Shown here: piece after piece, positions 1 through 9,779 of the stretch
Numbering within the stretch: the first letter of the stretch is position 1
Layout: each line of letters opens with the position of its first letter
IMG/VR virus record: IMGVR_UViG_3300042567_001420
Direction: 5' to 3' (one strand)
Length of the DNA: 64,000 bases
Origin: a virus
Lineage: Duplodnaviria > Caudoviricetes
The notes under the pieces: model-generated
Told to the model about the DNA's origin: nothing
Database searches by the model: none
What the model saw: the letters and a program-made list of their open reading frames with translations, nothing else
Position numbers and translations under genes: made by a program

Positions 1-236
1 TCGCGTTCTTTTGCAAATTGTTCTAAATAGTCTTTTAGACCAATATAAAGCTCTTTGGTAAACATAGAAAAAAGGCGAACGCGTCCATCCCACATACGAG
101 ATTTATACAGAGGATGAAACTTCGCTCCTGGAACTTCAAATGAAAAATGGTCATTTAGTTCTTGTGCAATTGAAGGTTCAGTATCAACTTGCAGATACAC
201 TTCATTCTTTTTTCTTACGCTTATTTTGTCAGACAT
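1..236 (-). CDS. uvsW: UvsW DNA helicase, N-terminal part (truncated at window edge)
   Basis: Manual translation MSDKISVRKKNEVYLQVDTEPSIAQELNDHFSFEVPGAKFHPLYKSRMWDGRVRLFS matches the UvsW N-terminus; ATG overlaps the uvsY stop (TAATG). Confidence 0.9.
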   Translation of the reverse strand, partial: MSDKISVRKKNEVYLQVDTEPSIAQELNDHFSFEVPGAKFHPLYKSRMWDGRVRLFSMFTKELYIGLKDYLEQFAKER

Positions 237-676
237 TACATCATACCGTTTGTGAACTTAGACCATTCAATACTATTCTTGATATCCCATGTTCTACTGT
301 TTAAGGATCTTATAATTTGTTCTAATTGATACATAACAGTTTTAAAGTATTCTACTTTGTCTTGTAGTAAAATTAAATCTGCATCAACCTGCAAAAATTC
401 GTCCATCTCATTTTTCAATGGTTTGTTACCTTGCCATTGAGTCCAACCTTCATCTGATAATTCAAGCTGGGTCATTTCTCCCCTGTAATACTTGTATTTC
501 TTTCTACGAAGGTTGAGATATTCAGACTCTGCTTTGCGTAGGTTAAGCCGAGTAGATGTTAAAAAATTCAAATACTTAGAATGTAATAAAGGTGTGCGAG
601 CAGATTCATGTCCAAGATTAGTCTCATTAATCTTACAATCATCTGCCCACATTTCCTGCAGGTCAGATAATTTCAT
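236..676 (-). CDS. uvsY: UvsY recombination mediator protein
   Basis: MKLSDLQEMWADDCKI...PLLHSKYL...LNSRTWDIKNSIEW; directly upstream of uvsW as in T4-like phages. Confidence 0.9.
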   Translation of the reverse strand: MKLSDLQEMWADDCKINETNLGHESARTPLLHSKYLNFLTSTRLNLRKAESEYLNLRRKKYKYYRGEMTQLELSDEGWTQWQGNKPLKNEMDEFLQVDADLILLQDKVEYFKTVMYQLEQIIRSLNSRTWDIKNSIEWSKFTNGMM

Positions 677-1596
677 TACTGAGGGCTAATCTGAATAATC
701 TGAGCAGGGTTGCCCTGGAAATTAAATGAACCGTAGTGATTCAATGAGATTGTTGGATCAAGCCAAATGTCGCCACCGATATCTTGCCAACGTCTGCTGA
801 ATGTATAATCTTCTGACAAGTAACGTTTGTCTTTGGGATCAATCATTGTGTCGAAGAATGCATAGAAGAAGTCTTGCAAATCTGGCGGAGTATTCAAATC
901 ATTGTTATACTTTAACTCTGGATATGCAGCAATCATCTTGTCAATTGCTTCACGCTTAATCATCATAAAGCCTGTAGCTCCGTCGTGCAATTTAATTACA
1001 CCATTTTCAATAGCAATTTGTTTTGACTCACGATTAACAAACTTAAAGTTAATCGCATAGTCGGAACCAGCGGCAGCAATATCTCTATCAGAAATATCTT
1101 GACCGGGTTTAGAATTAATGCTATCTTTAATACGTTGCCAGTTGACGCCCTTTTTAGGATATGCGCCTACACAAACTTCTTTGTTGTGAGCAATTAATTT
1201 AAGTACATCTTCAACTTGAAACTCAATATCAGCATCAATAAACAACAAACGAGTGTAATTGCTTTGAAGAAAATATGCAACCAACACATTGCGAGCACGA
1301 GTAACTAAAGACTCATTTGCAATAGTACCAAACGCCAATGGGATTTGATGTTGATTGAAGAATGTCAATGTGCGAACCATTGAACGGAAATATGCCTCTG
1401 TAAGCATACCACCATAACAAGGAGTTGCCACAAAGATTCTTTCTTTACGCAAATCATCAATATTGATTTGCAATTGACCTGGTTGTGCGGCAGGGGGTGC
1501 CGCAGGGGGTGCCGCAGCTGCGACTGGGGGTTTGTTAAACTTAGGAACCGGAATTTTTGGAATGTTCTTCAGTCCAGGTTTATTGTTGTTAGCCAT
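676..1596 (-). CDS. Putative GT-A fold (GT2-like) glycosyltransferase with Pro/Ala-rich N-terminal tail
   Basis: IFVATPCYGG, ESLVTRARN, LLFIDADI (DxD), GATGFMMI, YLSEDYTFSRRW, HYG motifs. Confidence 0.7.
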   Translation of the reverse strand: MANNNKPGLKNIPKIPVPKFNKPPVAAAAPPAAPPAAQPGQLQINIDDLRKERIFVATPCYGGMLTEAYFRSMVRTLTFFNQHQIPLAFGTIANESLVTRARNVLVAYFLQSNYTRLLFIDADIEFQVEDVLKLIAHNKEVCVGAYPKKGVNWQRIKDSINSKPGQDISDRDIAAAGSDYAINFKFVNRESKQIAIENGVIKLHDGATGFMMIKREAIDKMIAAYPELKYNNDLNTPPDLQDFFYAFFDTMIDPKDKRYLSEDYTFSRRWQDIGGDIWLDPTISLNHYGSFNFQGNPAQIIQISPQ

Positions 1597-1612
1597 AAAA
1601 TCTCCATATTAA

Positions 1613-2197
1613 TTAAAGTTGCTCCACTTCAAATAGCGTATATTTAAAAGAGGCAATTGCGGTAAAATATTCCACACCGGCAGATGCAATATCAAAATCC
1701 AATCCTTCTAATGAGATTGGGAATATATCCTTATATATTATATTTACTTTAGGCGTATTTGTCGAGTCTAAAATCGTTAAAGTTGCATCCGAGTATGCCA
1801 AAACTTCAGATTCGCCCCGTTGATTCACTTTAAACGGGAATCTACTAGGTCTATTCTTTATTAACGCGTCAAACTGTGTATAATCTTTAGGAAAACCTAA
1901 AGCCACTAACCAATTGTATAATTCTAAATAATTGGACATATCTTCCGATATCAAAAATCTAATTGTAAACGAACCGAAGTCTAGTTTATCACCGATACGT
2001 GGAATGTCAGTAAACGGGGTAGGCTGTACGGCAAAACCTAATGCGAGTTGCGGCAAATTAGCTGATTGGCAAGTAAAAGACACATTGGGAATATCCTTAA
2101 CAGAAAAGCGGAAAGCATTCGGTCTTAGATAATCATATGTCGTGGGTAATGAATTTGCATAATTTTGCTTTGCTACATTTACATTTGCAGTATACAT
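1613..2197 (-). CDS. gp3: Tail completion / tail tube terminator gp3
   Basis: YLRPNAFRF...CQSANLP...GDKLDFGSFTIRFLISEDMSNYLELYNWL; downstream of gp23. Confidence 0.85.
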   Translation of the reverse strand: MYTANVNVAKQNYANSLPTTYDYLRPNAFRFSVKDIPNVSFTCQSANLPQLALGFAVQPTPFTDIPRIGDKLDFGSFTIRFLISEDMSNYLELYNWLVALGFPKDYTQFDALIKNRPSRFPFKVNQRGESEVLAYSDATLTILDSTNTPKVNIIYKDIFPISLEGLDFDIASAGVEYFTAIASFKYTLFEVEQL

Positions 2198-2215
2198 TTC
2201 TTTCCTCCGTTATTA

Positions 2216-2223
2216 TATTTATA
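2216..2223 (-). promoter_or_regulatory. T4-type late promoter TATAAATA (gp3)
   Basis: Exact TATAAATA 18 nt upstream of the gp3 start. Confidence 0.85.
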
Positions 2224-2224
2224 A

Positions 2225-2254
2225 GGCAAAAAAGGGGAGCCTAAGCCCCCCTTT
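2225..2254 (-). terminator. Rho-independent terminator after the major capsid gene
   Basis: AAAGGGGGGC-TTAG-GCTCCCCTTT stem-loop followed by a U run. Confidence 0.85.
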
Positions 2255-2294
2255 AGAAGTACCGATCTTTGTCGGCTTACTCGATAATATCGAA

Positions 2295-3596
2295 TTACAT
2301 CAAGTTCAACACTTGTGTACGACGATAATATTGGTTACGATTTGCTGTGAATGATGCTGCATCTGCATCTGATACGCCATCGGCAGATGTAACGTATGGG
2401 TTAGCAATTAAACCATAACGTGTCTTGAAGCCAATTTTTGGCTGGAAGCTGTTAGGATCAACTGCGCGAACCATTTGTAAAGGAACATATGGGCAGTAGA
2501 ACATACCTGCGTCATAAGGAGAAGAACCCTTATAACCAACCATGTAGAACTGGCTTGCTGAACCTAGGTTGCTGGAATACGGATCAATATAAACACGATA
2601 GCGTCCGTTTAGAACACCTGCGAATGTATTGCCTGTATCGTCAACATTTAGACCTGTGCTCAAAGCTGGAGCGTAGTCTAGAACACCTGACATAGCTAAT
2701 GCACTTGCAACGTCTGCAGAGCAAACGATGAAGTTACCTTTACCACGACGTGTGTCTTGTGCAATGTGGTTAGCATCGCGTTCAATGTTGAACAATAGAC
2801 CTTTGAAACGCTCAACAGACCAACGTCCATTAGAGTCAACGTCTAAGTCAAATGTACCAGCAGATGCTGTTGCAGGTGAACCTGGTTTAGCAACTTTGTA
2901 AATTGTACGAATAACTTCGCGATTAATTTCAAACATGAATTCTTGTGACAAGATGTTTGATAATTCTGCTTCAGCGTCAAGACCGTGAATAGCTTTCAAG
3001 TCTTGTGCTAATTCAACAGTGTATTCAGCCTTTAAAGCACGTGATTTCGCAGTAACTGTTGTCTTATCAATGGAGAAAGACATTTCGTTGAATGCTTGAC
3101 CACCAGTAGTGCCCATAGCTTCAGCAGTTGCTGTAGCAACGCCGGCACCTGTTGTGTAAGCGCCGCTAACAGGATTTGATCCTGCGTGAGTAGTTGCAGT
3201 ACCTGCAAATGAGGTGTTAGCTTCATTGTACAATGCTTCAACGCGAGTTGAAGTATTGTTACGCTCTGTACCATATGTAGAACGCATTGCAAAGATCAAA
3301 CCTGTTGGACCTGTCATTGGCTGAACGCCGCAGATGTCATAAGCCATTAGGTTAGGCATTGCACGACGTACTAAACCGATCATGATCGGATCATACTTGT
3401 CGATACCGCTTGTTGCGTTAATATTGTTTGCAGGAGCTGCCTCAAACATTGCGCTACGCTCTTCACGTAGTGAACGCTCTTGGTTCTCTAACAATACAGA
3501 TGTAACTGCACGCTTGTAGGAATCCTTGATCGCTGGAAGATCAGGGTGCTCTAAAATGGCTTGCCATTTTTGTTGTAAGTTTTCAGATAAAAACAT
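2295..3596 (-). CDS. gp23: Major capsid protein gp23
   Basis: YDPIMIGLVRRAMPNLMAYDICGVQPMTGPTGLIFAMR, SRALKAEYTVELAQDLKAIHGLDAEAEL, FQPKIGFKTRYG. Confidence 0.99.
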   Translation of the reverse strand: MFLSENLQQKWQAILEHPDLPAIKDSYKRAVTSVLLENQERSLREERSAMFEAAPANNINATSGIDKYDPIMIGLVRRAMPNLMAYDICGVQPMTGPTGLIFAMRSTYGTERNNTSTRVEALYNEANTSFAGTATTHAGSNPVSGAYTTGAGVATATAEAMGTTGGQAFNEMSFSIDKTTVTAKSRALKAEYTVELAQDLKAIHGLDAEAELSNILSQEFMFEINREVIRTIYKVAKPGSPATASAGTFDLDVDSNGRWSVERFKGLLFNIERDANHIAQDTRRGKGNFIVCSADVASALAMSGVLDYAPALSTGLNVDDTGNTFAGVLNGRYRVYIDPYSSNLGSASQFYMVGYKGSSPYDAGMFYCPYVPLQMVRAVDPNSFQPKIGFKTRYGLIANPYVTSADGVSDADAASFTANRNQYYRRTQVLNLM

Positions 3597-3626
3597 TTAT
3601 TTTCTCCTTGATGGATAACGTATTAA

Positions 3627-4763
3627 TTACGCTCTTTTGATTGATCTTGAAAGCGCTTGCGCGTATGCGTTGACTACAGTGTCACCCGTATAATCAGGTG
3701 TACTGCCATTGTCTTCAATTAAAGTTTGTTGAACTTGTGAAGTCTGTTTAGATTCAGTTAATTGCTTCTTAGGGAAATAATTTTCCTTAATAACAGAAAC
3801 TTTCTCTCTATATAGATCTTCATTCTCAAAATCAACACCCTCTAAAAGCTTACCTAATTTAGCTGCTTCTGTATCAGCTAGATCTTTGGACAGTTCTTCG
3901 ACAACTGCAATTCGCTTTAAAGAAGTGACTTCTTTGTTAAGGTCTACATTGTGACCAATAGCTTCGTCTAGTTTTGCTTCTAGTTCTTCTGCCTTGGCTT
4001 GTAGTTCACCGATTACATCATATTTTTCTTCGGGTACTTCAATGTAGTGTTCCTTGAATAATACCTTTAGTCCTGCCATGAAGTCTTCTGCAATCTCTGT
4101 GCGAAGACCATTCTCAATGGCTAATTCGTTATCTCTAATGTAGTTTTCGACCACATAGTTTAGATACGAGTCAATTTTCTCAACAATACCTTCTTTGTAG
4201 TCAGCTACATCAGCTGCATACTTTTCTTCTAGAGAAGAAGTTACTTTGTCCATTTCCGAATTAACGCGAGCAATAACTGCTGCTTCGAAAATAGATGTGG
4301 CCTTCTCTTTAAATTCTTCTGAAAGATCATCGCCAAAGATTGGTGATAGATCGATTGCGGCAGGGGCTGCTACAACTTCATAGTCATCTTCAGCTACAAC
4401 GTCTGCATCATCGGCTGTCTCATCTTCTTCGCGCATTCCTGCAGAAGTAGGTTGACCGACAACAGAAGTAGGATCTGCCGTAGTAGTGAAATTAGGAGCG
4501 GATCCTGGACCAGACTGTGTTAATGCGTTTTTCTTAACATTACCAGAAACTTTGGCACCCTGATTCTCTTCTTTCTCATCACGTACTTCGTAAGAAGCGT
4601 CTTGCGAGTCGCCCTGTTTTGGGTTTGTTGCATCGCCGCTATTCGCTGGCTTAATAGTGCTGTCTTTGTTGACGCCGGTTGCGCCCATCATATCAGCCTC
4701 TTCAAGACTTGCTTTAGCATCTACGCGCCCTAGCAATTCTTTAATTTTGCTTTCTACTGACAT
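3627..4763 (-). CDS. gp22: Prohead core scaffold gp22
   Basis: EEFKEKATSIFEAAV, KIDSYLNYVVE, FKEHYIEVPEEKYDV; between gp21 and gp23. Confidence 0.95.
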   Translation of the reverse strand: MSVESKIKELLGRVDAKASLEEADMMGATGVNKDSTIKPANSGDATNPKQGDSQDASYEVRDEKEENQGAKVSGNVKKNALTQSGPGSAPNFTTTADPTSVVGQPTSAGMREEDETADDADVVAEDDYEVVAAPAAIDLSPIFGDDLSEEFKEKATSIFEAAVIARVNSEMDKVTSSLEEKYAADVADYKEGIVEKIDSYLNYVVENYIRDNELAIENGLRTEIAEDFMAGLKVLFKEHYIEVPEEKYDVIGELQAKAEELEAKLDEAIGHNVDLNKEVTSLKRIAVVEELSKDLADTEAAKLGKLLEGVDFENEDLYREKVSVIKENYFPKKQLTESKQTSQVQQTLIEDNGSTPDYTGDTVVNAYAQALSRSIKRA

Positions 4764-4792
4764 TAGTGTCTCCTAAATGGATTGTTCTTAAT

Positions 4793-4800
4793 TATTTATA
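4793..4800 (-). promoter_or_regulatory. Late promoter TATAAATA (gp22/gp23)
   Basis: Exact TATAAATA in the gp21-gp22 gap. Confidence 0.85.
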
Positions 4801-4807
4801 AGTTTGG

Positions 4808-5458
4808 TTATCTAGATAATCTAGATATAAACTCTTCAAACATCTTTAATTTTGTCTCTTCGAGATTAGCTTTAGATGCCTTCTTTAATGTTTGTTGCGC
4901 TCGTTCGACGTCAATCGCTTTCCAAACTCCGTTTTCGCAAATCCATTCTGCAGACTCATAAATGCCTTGAACATAGGCATCATGTGCTGACGGATCCGCG
5001 ACAATATCTACAGTCGCAAGATGAAAATCATCCTGTACTTCATTAACACCCTCTTTATTGAGTTTTAATGATCCTAACCCTCTAGATGAAACTCCCAACA
5101 TTATTTCGTTCTCAATTAAATTGCGAGCAATGTTACCCATTGGGGTTTCTAAAATTTTTGCTTTACCAATTACATTTTTACCTTCAAAACGAAGGCTTGT
5201 AATTAGGTGAGATACTTTATCTAAATTAAGTGTTGGGTTAGAAGGATGCCCTAACTCTCCCAAAGAACGCTTCTCGTCAATTAATTTTTGATATCTAGCA
5301 ACTTCTTTTTCCATAACAGCCATGGGATACATTCTACCATTTCTGTTAGGTTGTTCTGCCTGCATAAAAATGCCTTCAATGAAAACATTCTTACCGCCAC
5401 CTTTTTTATCTTCTTCAAGATATTGTAGGTCTTGTACGACTTCTGTAATTAAACGCAT
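4808..5458 (-). CDS. gp21: Prohead protease gp21
   Basis: FIEGIFMQAE..NRNGRMYP, LGELGHP, GVSSRGLGSL, DIVADPSA. Confidence 0.97.
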   Translation of the reverse strand: MRLITEVVQDLQYLEEDKKGGGKNVFIEGIFMQAEQPNRNGRMYPMAVMEKEVARYQKLIDEKRSLGELGHPSNPTLNLDKVSHLITSLRFEGKNVIGKAKILETPMGNIARNLIENEIMLGVSSRGLGSLKLNKEGVNEVQDDFHLATVDIVADPSAHDAYVQGIYESAEWICENGVWKAIDVERAQQTLKKASKANLEETKLKMFEEFISRLSR

Positions 5459-5471
5459 TTTTATCTACCTA

Positions 5472-5876
5472 TTATACTTTAGTTTGTTGATCGGGTTCTT
5501 GATACCCGTTTTTCTTTGTCAATGTTAAATATAATGTTCCGCCAGCTGGTGGCAATAGAATATTTATATTTGAACTAGAATTTGAATTATCAGGAAATCC
5601 AAACATTTGTGTTAAGGACCAATTGTCATTGCCAAACAATATCAATGTATTTGCAGCTGCAGTATGTGGTCTTTTAATAACAATGGGGGATGCAACTGAA
5701 TCGGATGCAGACCAAACCATGCCTGTAATTGTAACATTAGTATTAGCGTAACCTAAAAAAGTTTCATCCGCTAAAGCCAAATCAGAATTTAAATCAACGT
5801 TGGCCTGACCGTCGCCGACAAATTTAACAACCGCCTGTTGTCTAACTTTTTTAATTACCGTTTTTGTGACAGCCAT
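5472..5876 (-). CDS. Hypothetical protein in head cluster (possible virion protein)
   Basis: Clean ORF with SD (GAGG) between the core gene and gp21; no function recognised. Confidence 0.6.
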   Translation of the reverse strand: MAVTKTVIKKVRQQAVVKFVGDGQANVDLNSDLALADETFLGYANTNVTITGMVWSASDSVASPIVIKRPHTAAANTLILFGNDNWSLTQMFGFPDNSNSSSNINILLPPAGGTLYLTLTKKNGYQEPDQQTKV

Positions 5877-5885
5877 TTGTGCCTC

Positions 5886-7427
5886 TTAAAAGTTTCTAGA
5901 TGCGGCAGACGCTAGTCTTGCAGCAAAATTTTGTTTACCAATAGCTTTAGTTACGCCACCAATTGCTTTGATGCTTTTAGGTACACCTTTTTGTGTGTTA
6001 CCACGCTTTGAAGCAACTTTGGGGTCTGTAACTTTATTCACATATGATTGATATGTAGATGATTTCAATTCGTCAATTTGATTTTCGTCATCTTGCTCAA
6101 CGCTATCACCCATATAGCGACCTTTTTCATATCCTCTGCTATTGGGATCTGCTTTGGGAGCAGGTGCACTCGCAGGCTTTGGATATTGTTTTGCGCTGGC
6201 GGTTTTAATGCCTTTTTCCAATTTGGCTTTTTTAGCCATTGAATTTGCATCAGTGTTGTTTCGTATGCTGTCAAATTTCTTGTGGCCTGCTACTTTATAA
6301 TTTTGTAAAGTATTTTTTGATAATTCATCTAAAGTGTTTTCGCCGTCTGGTTCAAATGATGCAACTTGCATTGCGCCTTTTGATTTCATCCATGCCTCAT
6401 ATTCAGACATATCGCGGAATTTTTTCCCTGTAATTTTTTGCTTCATCTGATCTTTATCATTAGTTGCAAAATATTTTTTCATATCTGCCAATTTAGCTGA
6501 TACAGGAGCAGGTTTTTTATTCTGTGAACCAAAAGATAAATTCATCTCATCTATTTCACTTGACATATAGTTTGAAACAGTTGAAATATAATCTTCTGCC
6601 AGTGTAATTTTAGATTGAACCCACTCAGGAAGATTATCATTGTCTTCTAGCATATCATGCACTCTTTGAGCATTCATTATAATACTTCGTAATTGACCAC
6701 GGGCCATATCGCCTTCGTAATCGTATTCACTTTTTTCTTTGGCTTCTTTAACTTCCGAAGCATGATGCTTTGATAACTCAAATGTAAATTTACCAGCTTG
6801 TACAGGCATACCTGTATGAATAGCTTGATGCTTAACATTTGTACCGTGAATAGCATTGGCAACAGATAAATTAGCGTGAGTATGAATATTACCTTCTGAG
6901 TCTTTTGTAAGCACTAAAGGATCTTCATGAGTTGTAGTAACTTCTTCATTTCTTTGAATGTTACCTTTTAAAGTTTTAACATCTTGTTTGTTTGCTTTTC
7001 CTGTGCTAGTTACACGAGCAGGAGTTCTGTTTGCAAGTTTATCATAACTTCCAAGTGTATGGCCTGGTCTTGCATAGTGACTTTTGGCATCAGCGGCACC
7101 TTGAACGGCAGCTGCTGATTTTGCATCTTTAGTCTTTTTGGCATGGTCTGCAAATTTTTGAGGATCGTGTGACTTACCATAGTAGTAATCGGAATCAGGA
7201 TCCGATGCTGACTTAGCAGCTTTAGCTAAAGTCTTTGTTGATATTTCATCAAGGTTTTCTTCAGCAACTCTTTTAGCGGCTGCTGTAGCAATAGCCATCT
7301 TTTTGCCCATGTCCATACCTGGATTCTCACGCTCCATGGCCATAGCAATTTCCTCTCGCTTTTTCTTTTCAGCGGGAGTAAGAGTTTTTTCTACTAAATC
7401 TAATCTTATTTGATTAAACTTCTTCAT
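5886..7427 (-). CDS. Prohead core / internal head protein at the gp68 position, modular
   Basis: Between gp67 and gp21; charged; contains YDYEGDMARGQL...LPEWVQSKITLA module and repeated (L/I)DE(L/I/M) motifs. Confidence 0.6.
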   Translation of the reverse strand: MKKFNQIRLDLVEKTLTPAEKKKREEIAMAMERENPGMDMGKKMAIATAAAKRVAEENLDEISTKTLAKAAKSASDPDSDYYYGKSHDPQKFADHAKKTKDAKSAAAVQGAADAKSHYARPGHTLGSYDKLANRTPARVTSTGKANKQDVKTLKGNIQRNEEVTTTHEDPLVLTKDSEGNIHTHANLSVANAIHGTNVKHQAIHTGMPVQAGKFTFELSKHHASEVKEAKEKSEYDYEGDMARGQLRSIIMNAQRVHDMLEDNDNLPEWVQSKITLAEDYISTVSNYMSSEIDEMNLSFGSQNKKPAPVSAKLADMKKYFATNDKDQMKQKITGKKFRDMSEYEAWMKSKGAMQVASFEPDGENTLDELSKNTLQNYKVAGHKKFDSIRNNTDANSMAKKAKLEKGIKTASAKQYPKPASAPAPKADPNSRGYEKGRYMGDSVEQDDENQIDELKSSTYQSYVNKVTDPKVASKRGNTQKGVPKSIKAIGGVTKAIGKQNFAARLASAASRNF

Positions 7428-7596
7428 TTTCTTGTTCTTCTTTTTGTCCGATTGAAGCTGCTATTTCTTGTTTCTTTGTATCTAATGCATTGGATAATTT
7501 AAATCCCATTGCTGCATTAAATTGATTAACTGCATCGTTTGAACGATCAGCTAAAATATCATCTACCATATTTCTAAGCGTTGCTGTAGTTTCCAT
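7414..7596 (-). CDS. gp67: Prohead core protein gp67-like
   Basis: Small helical ORF immediately after the portal; F..AM..KL..ALD.KK.EIA pattern. Confidence 0.7.
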   Translation of the reverse strand: METTATLRNMVDDILADRSNDAVNQFNAAMGFKLSNALDTKKQEIAASIGQKEEQENEEV

Positions 7597-7604
7597 AATT
7601 TTCC

Positions 7605-9152
7605 TTACTGTTGATTATTTATAGCATCTAGAGGTTGTCCGCCAGCGCCCAATGTAGGTGAAGGTTCAGATTCAATCTGTTCTTCCATCTGCCCAATTTC
7701 TTCATCAGTCATTCTTAACACATTTTTCATTATATATTGTTTACTAAAATAAGTCCCAACATATGGTTGCATCTGATTAATAATATCTACGCGGTTACGA
7801 AGATTTTCAGAATTTTTCATTTCCTCAAAATATTGATCTTGTGCAAACTTATATTGTATTTTTTCTTTAATATCATCCCAATCTTGGTCGGTTATAACAC
7901 CTGTTAAGATTAGTTGTGTTTTAAGAACATCATTAAATAATTCACTAAACTTCTTACGCAGTCTGCCAACAAATTTAGCAAACTTTAATTCATCTCTAGT
8001 AATCTCTGTTGCTCTACCAAATGAAATACCTTGTTGAGGTTGCATTCTTGATAAAGGAACATTCAATGCCTGATATAACTTATTCTGAAAATAAACTATG
8101 TCTTCAATTTGACCTAAGTTTTCACCGCCGGGCAAAGTAGTAATTTCAGTACCTCTGCCGCCTTCTCTACGAGGCAACCAAAAGTCTTCCAACATTGACA
8201 TAAATTTACGGTCATCTCTGATTTCGCCGGTAGCAGAATCATAAACAATCTTGTTTCTATAGCGAGCCATAATATCTTTTAAATATTGCTCAGCTTTCAA
8301 TTTAGGTAAATTACCTACATCAATATAAAATATTCTTCGTTCTGGAGCACGAGCAAGTCTATAAATGACTAACGCGTCTTCCATCATTTTAAGTTGGTTA
8401 ACCGGCTTAATAGCCTTATGTAAGTAACTTAAAACTACATTTTGTTCTGAATCATTTAACCCAGAAGGAACATATGTTATAGAATCTACAGCAACTTTTA
8501 GTCCCTGATTTGTACCAGAAACTGAAGTTTGATAATTGGGATTATAGTTAATCCCTTTTTCGCTATAGATAAAATATTCTTCAATTGACTTAATTAAATC
8601 AACACCCGTTTTTTGATCCTTATCCTTTTTAACTTCTCGGACTTTACGAATCTTTCTTGGGTCAATTTTTCTTAATTCTAAGATTCCCTTTTTAGGGGTC
8701 TTAGTATCAATAATTTTTTGATAATATATTCTTCCGTCAATATACCAACTGCGGAATATATCAAAGCCCTTCATATTAAAATCCAACAATCGCACAACAG
8801 TATTAAACTGTTCCGTAATTGCGGTTTTAATGTTGTCAGGTAAATCTAATCCATCAATATTAATCTGTACTGCAGCTTCATCTTCAACCGCTGCAATTGC
8901 TTCAGTTACAATTTCATCAATTGCACTGGAACAATCAGCATACATAGATGCTTCTCTGTATCGAGTAATTAACTCAGATTCAGACTTTGCGGTAGCATCC
9001 ATATTAAGATAGGTGCCAAAATAGCCACCACCTTGTACGGTTGCTGTTCCATCATCAGTAACAGGTGGCACGAAAGATTGATTCCGCGCCACCTTGTTAA
9101 TATCATTTACATCGTCACGACTAATTGTATAGCCAAACAAATTAATTGCCAT
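7605..9152 (-). CDS. gp20: Portal protein gp20
   Basis: LSYLHKAIKPVNQLKMMEDALVIYRLARAPERRIFYIDVGNLPK, EDFWLPRREGGRGTEITTLPGG. Confidence 0.99.
   Translation of the reverse strand: MAINLFGYTISRDDVNDINKVARNQSFVPPVTDDGTATVQGGGYFGTYLNMDATAKSESELITRYREASMYADCSSAIDEIVTEAIAAVEDEAAVQINIDGLDLPDNIKTAITEQFNTVVRLLDFNMKGFDIFRSWYIDGRIYYQKIIDTKTPKKGILELRKIDPRKIRKVREVKKDKDQKTGVDLIKSIEEYFIYSEKGINYNPNYQTSVSGTNQGLKVAVDSITYVPSGLNDSEQNVVLSYLHKAIKPVNQLKMMEDALVIYRLARAPERRIFYIDVGNLPKLKAEQYLKDIMARYRNKIVYDSATGEIRDDRKFMSMLEDFWLPRREGGRGTEITTLPGGENLGQIEDIVYFQNKLYQALNVPLSRMQPQQGISFGRATEITRDELKFAKFVGRLRKKFSELFNDVLKTQLILTGVITDQDWDDIKEKIQYKFAQDQYFEEMKNSENLRNRVDIINQMQPYVGTYFSKQYIMKNVLRMTDEEIGQMEEQIESEPSPTLGAGGQPLDAINNQQ
7616..7623 (-). 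promoter_or_regulatory. Late promoter TATAAATA inside the 3' end of gp20
   Basis: Exact TATAAATA 19 nt upstream of the gp67 start. Confidence 0.65.
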
Positions 9153-9170
9153 TATTTAAATTCCAAAAAA

Positions 9171-9764
9171 TTAAACACTTAATCCAAGCACTGCACCTGC
9201 TATTAGTGTGGAAGCCGCTACACTATCAGCTGCTCTTAGACCATACTCAAAATGCTGGTATTGGAATGAAACTGTAAATGTAGATAATTGATCATTTGCG
9301 CTAAAGTCTAATCCAACAGGAGAAATATCCACTGGAAATGCACCTAGCATTTTATATGATCTTAAAGTTGCACCATTTCTATCCAATTGCATAACATCAA
9401 TGATTGACTGATATGCAGTAGGATTAGTAAAACCAGTTTTTAGTCCCATGTTTTCAATTCCATTCATCCACTCTTCTATACCATTTCTTAGTTTAAAATC
9501 TGTGTCGTTTAAAATTGTGCATTGGAAAGGTGCGAATACTTTATCGCCAGCCAGTTTAACTTCCCTACCTCTATAAAATACCGGAGTGGTACCTATAGTC
9601 TGGCCTGGAAGTTCTGCTACTGTAACTAAGAAACTACTAGATTCTAATAGTTGTCTGTCGTTTTGAACATACGCCGGAAACCCAATTCTAACTTGGAATT
9701 GATTAGGACGAGCACCGCCGCCCTTTAGTTGCGTTTTAAATTGATCTATTCTAAAATTGCTCAT
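9171..9764 (-). CDS. gp19: Tail tube protein gp19
   Basis: LKGGGARPNQF, GREVKLAGD, LNDTDFKLRNGIEEW, GAFPVDISP. Confidence 0.95.
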   Translation of the reverse strand: MSNFRIDQFKTQLKGGGARPNQFQVRIGFPAYVQNDRQLLESSSFLVTVAELPGQTIGTTPVFYRGREVKLAGDKVFAPFQCTILNDTDFKLRNGIEEWMNGIENMGLKTGFTNPTAYQSIIDVMQLDRNGATLRSYKMLGAFPVDISPVGLDFSANDQLSTFTVSFQYQHFEYGLRAADSVAASTLIAGAVLGLSV

Positions 9765-9779
9765 TTATTTTCTCCGGTA

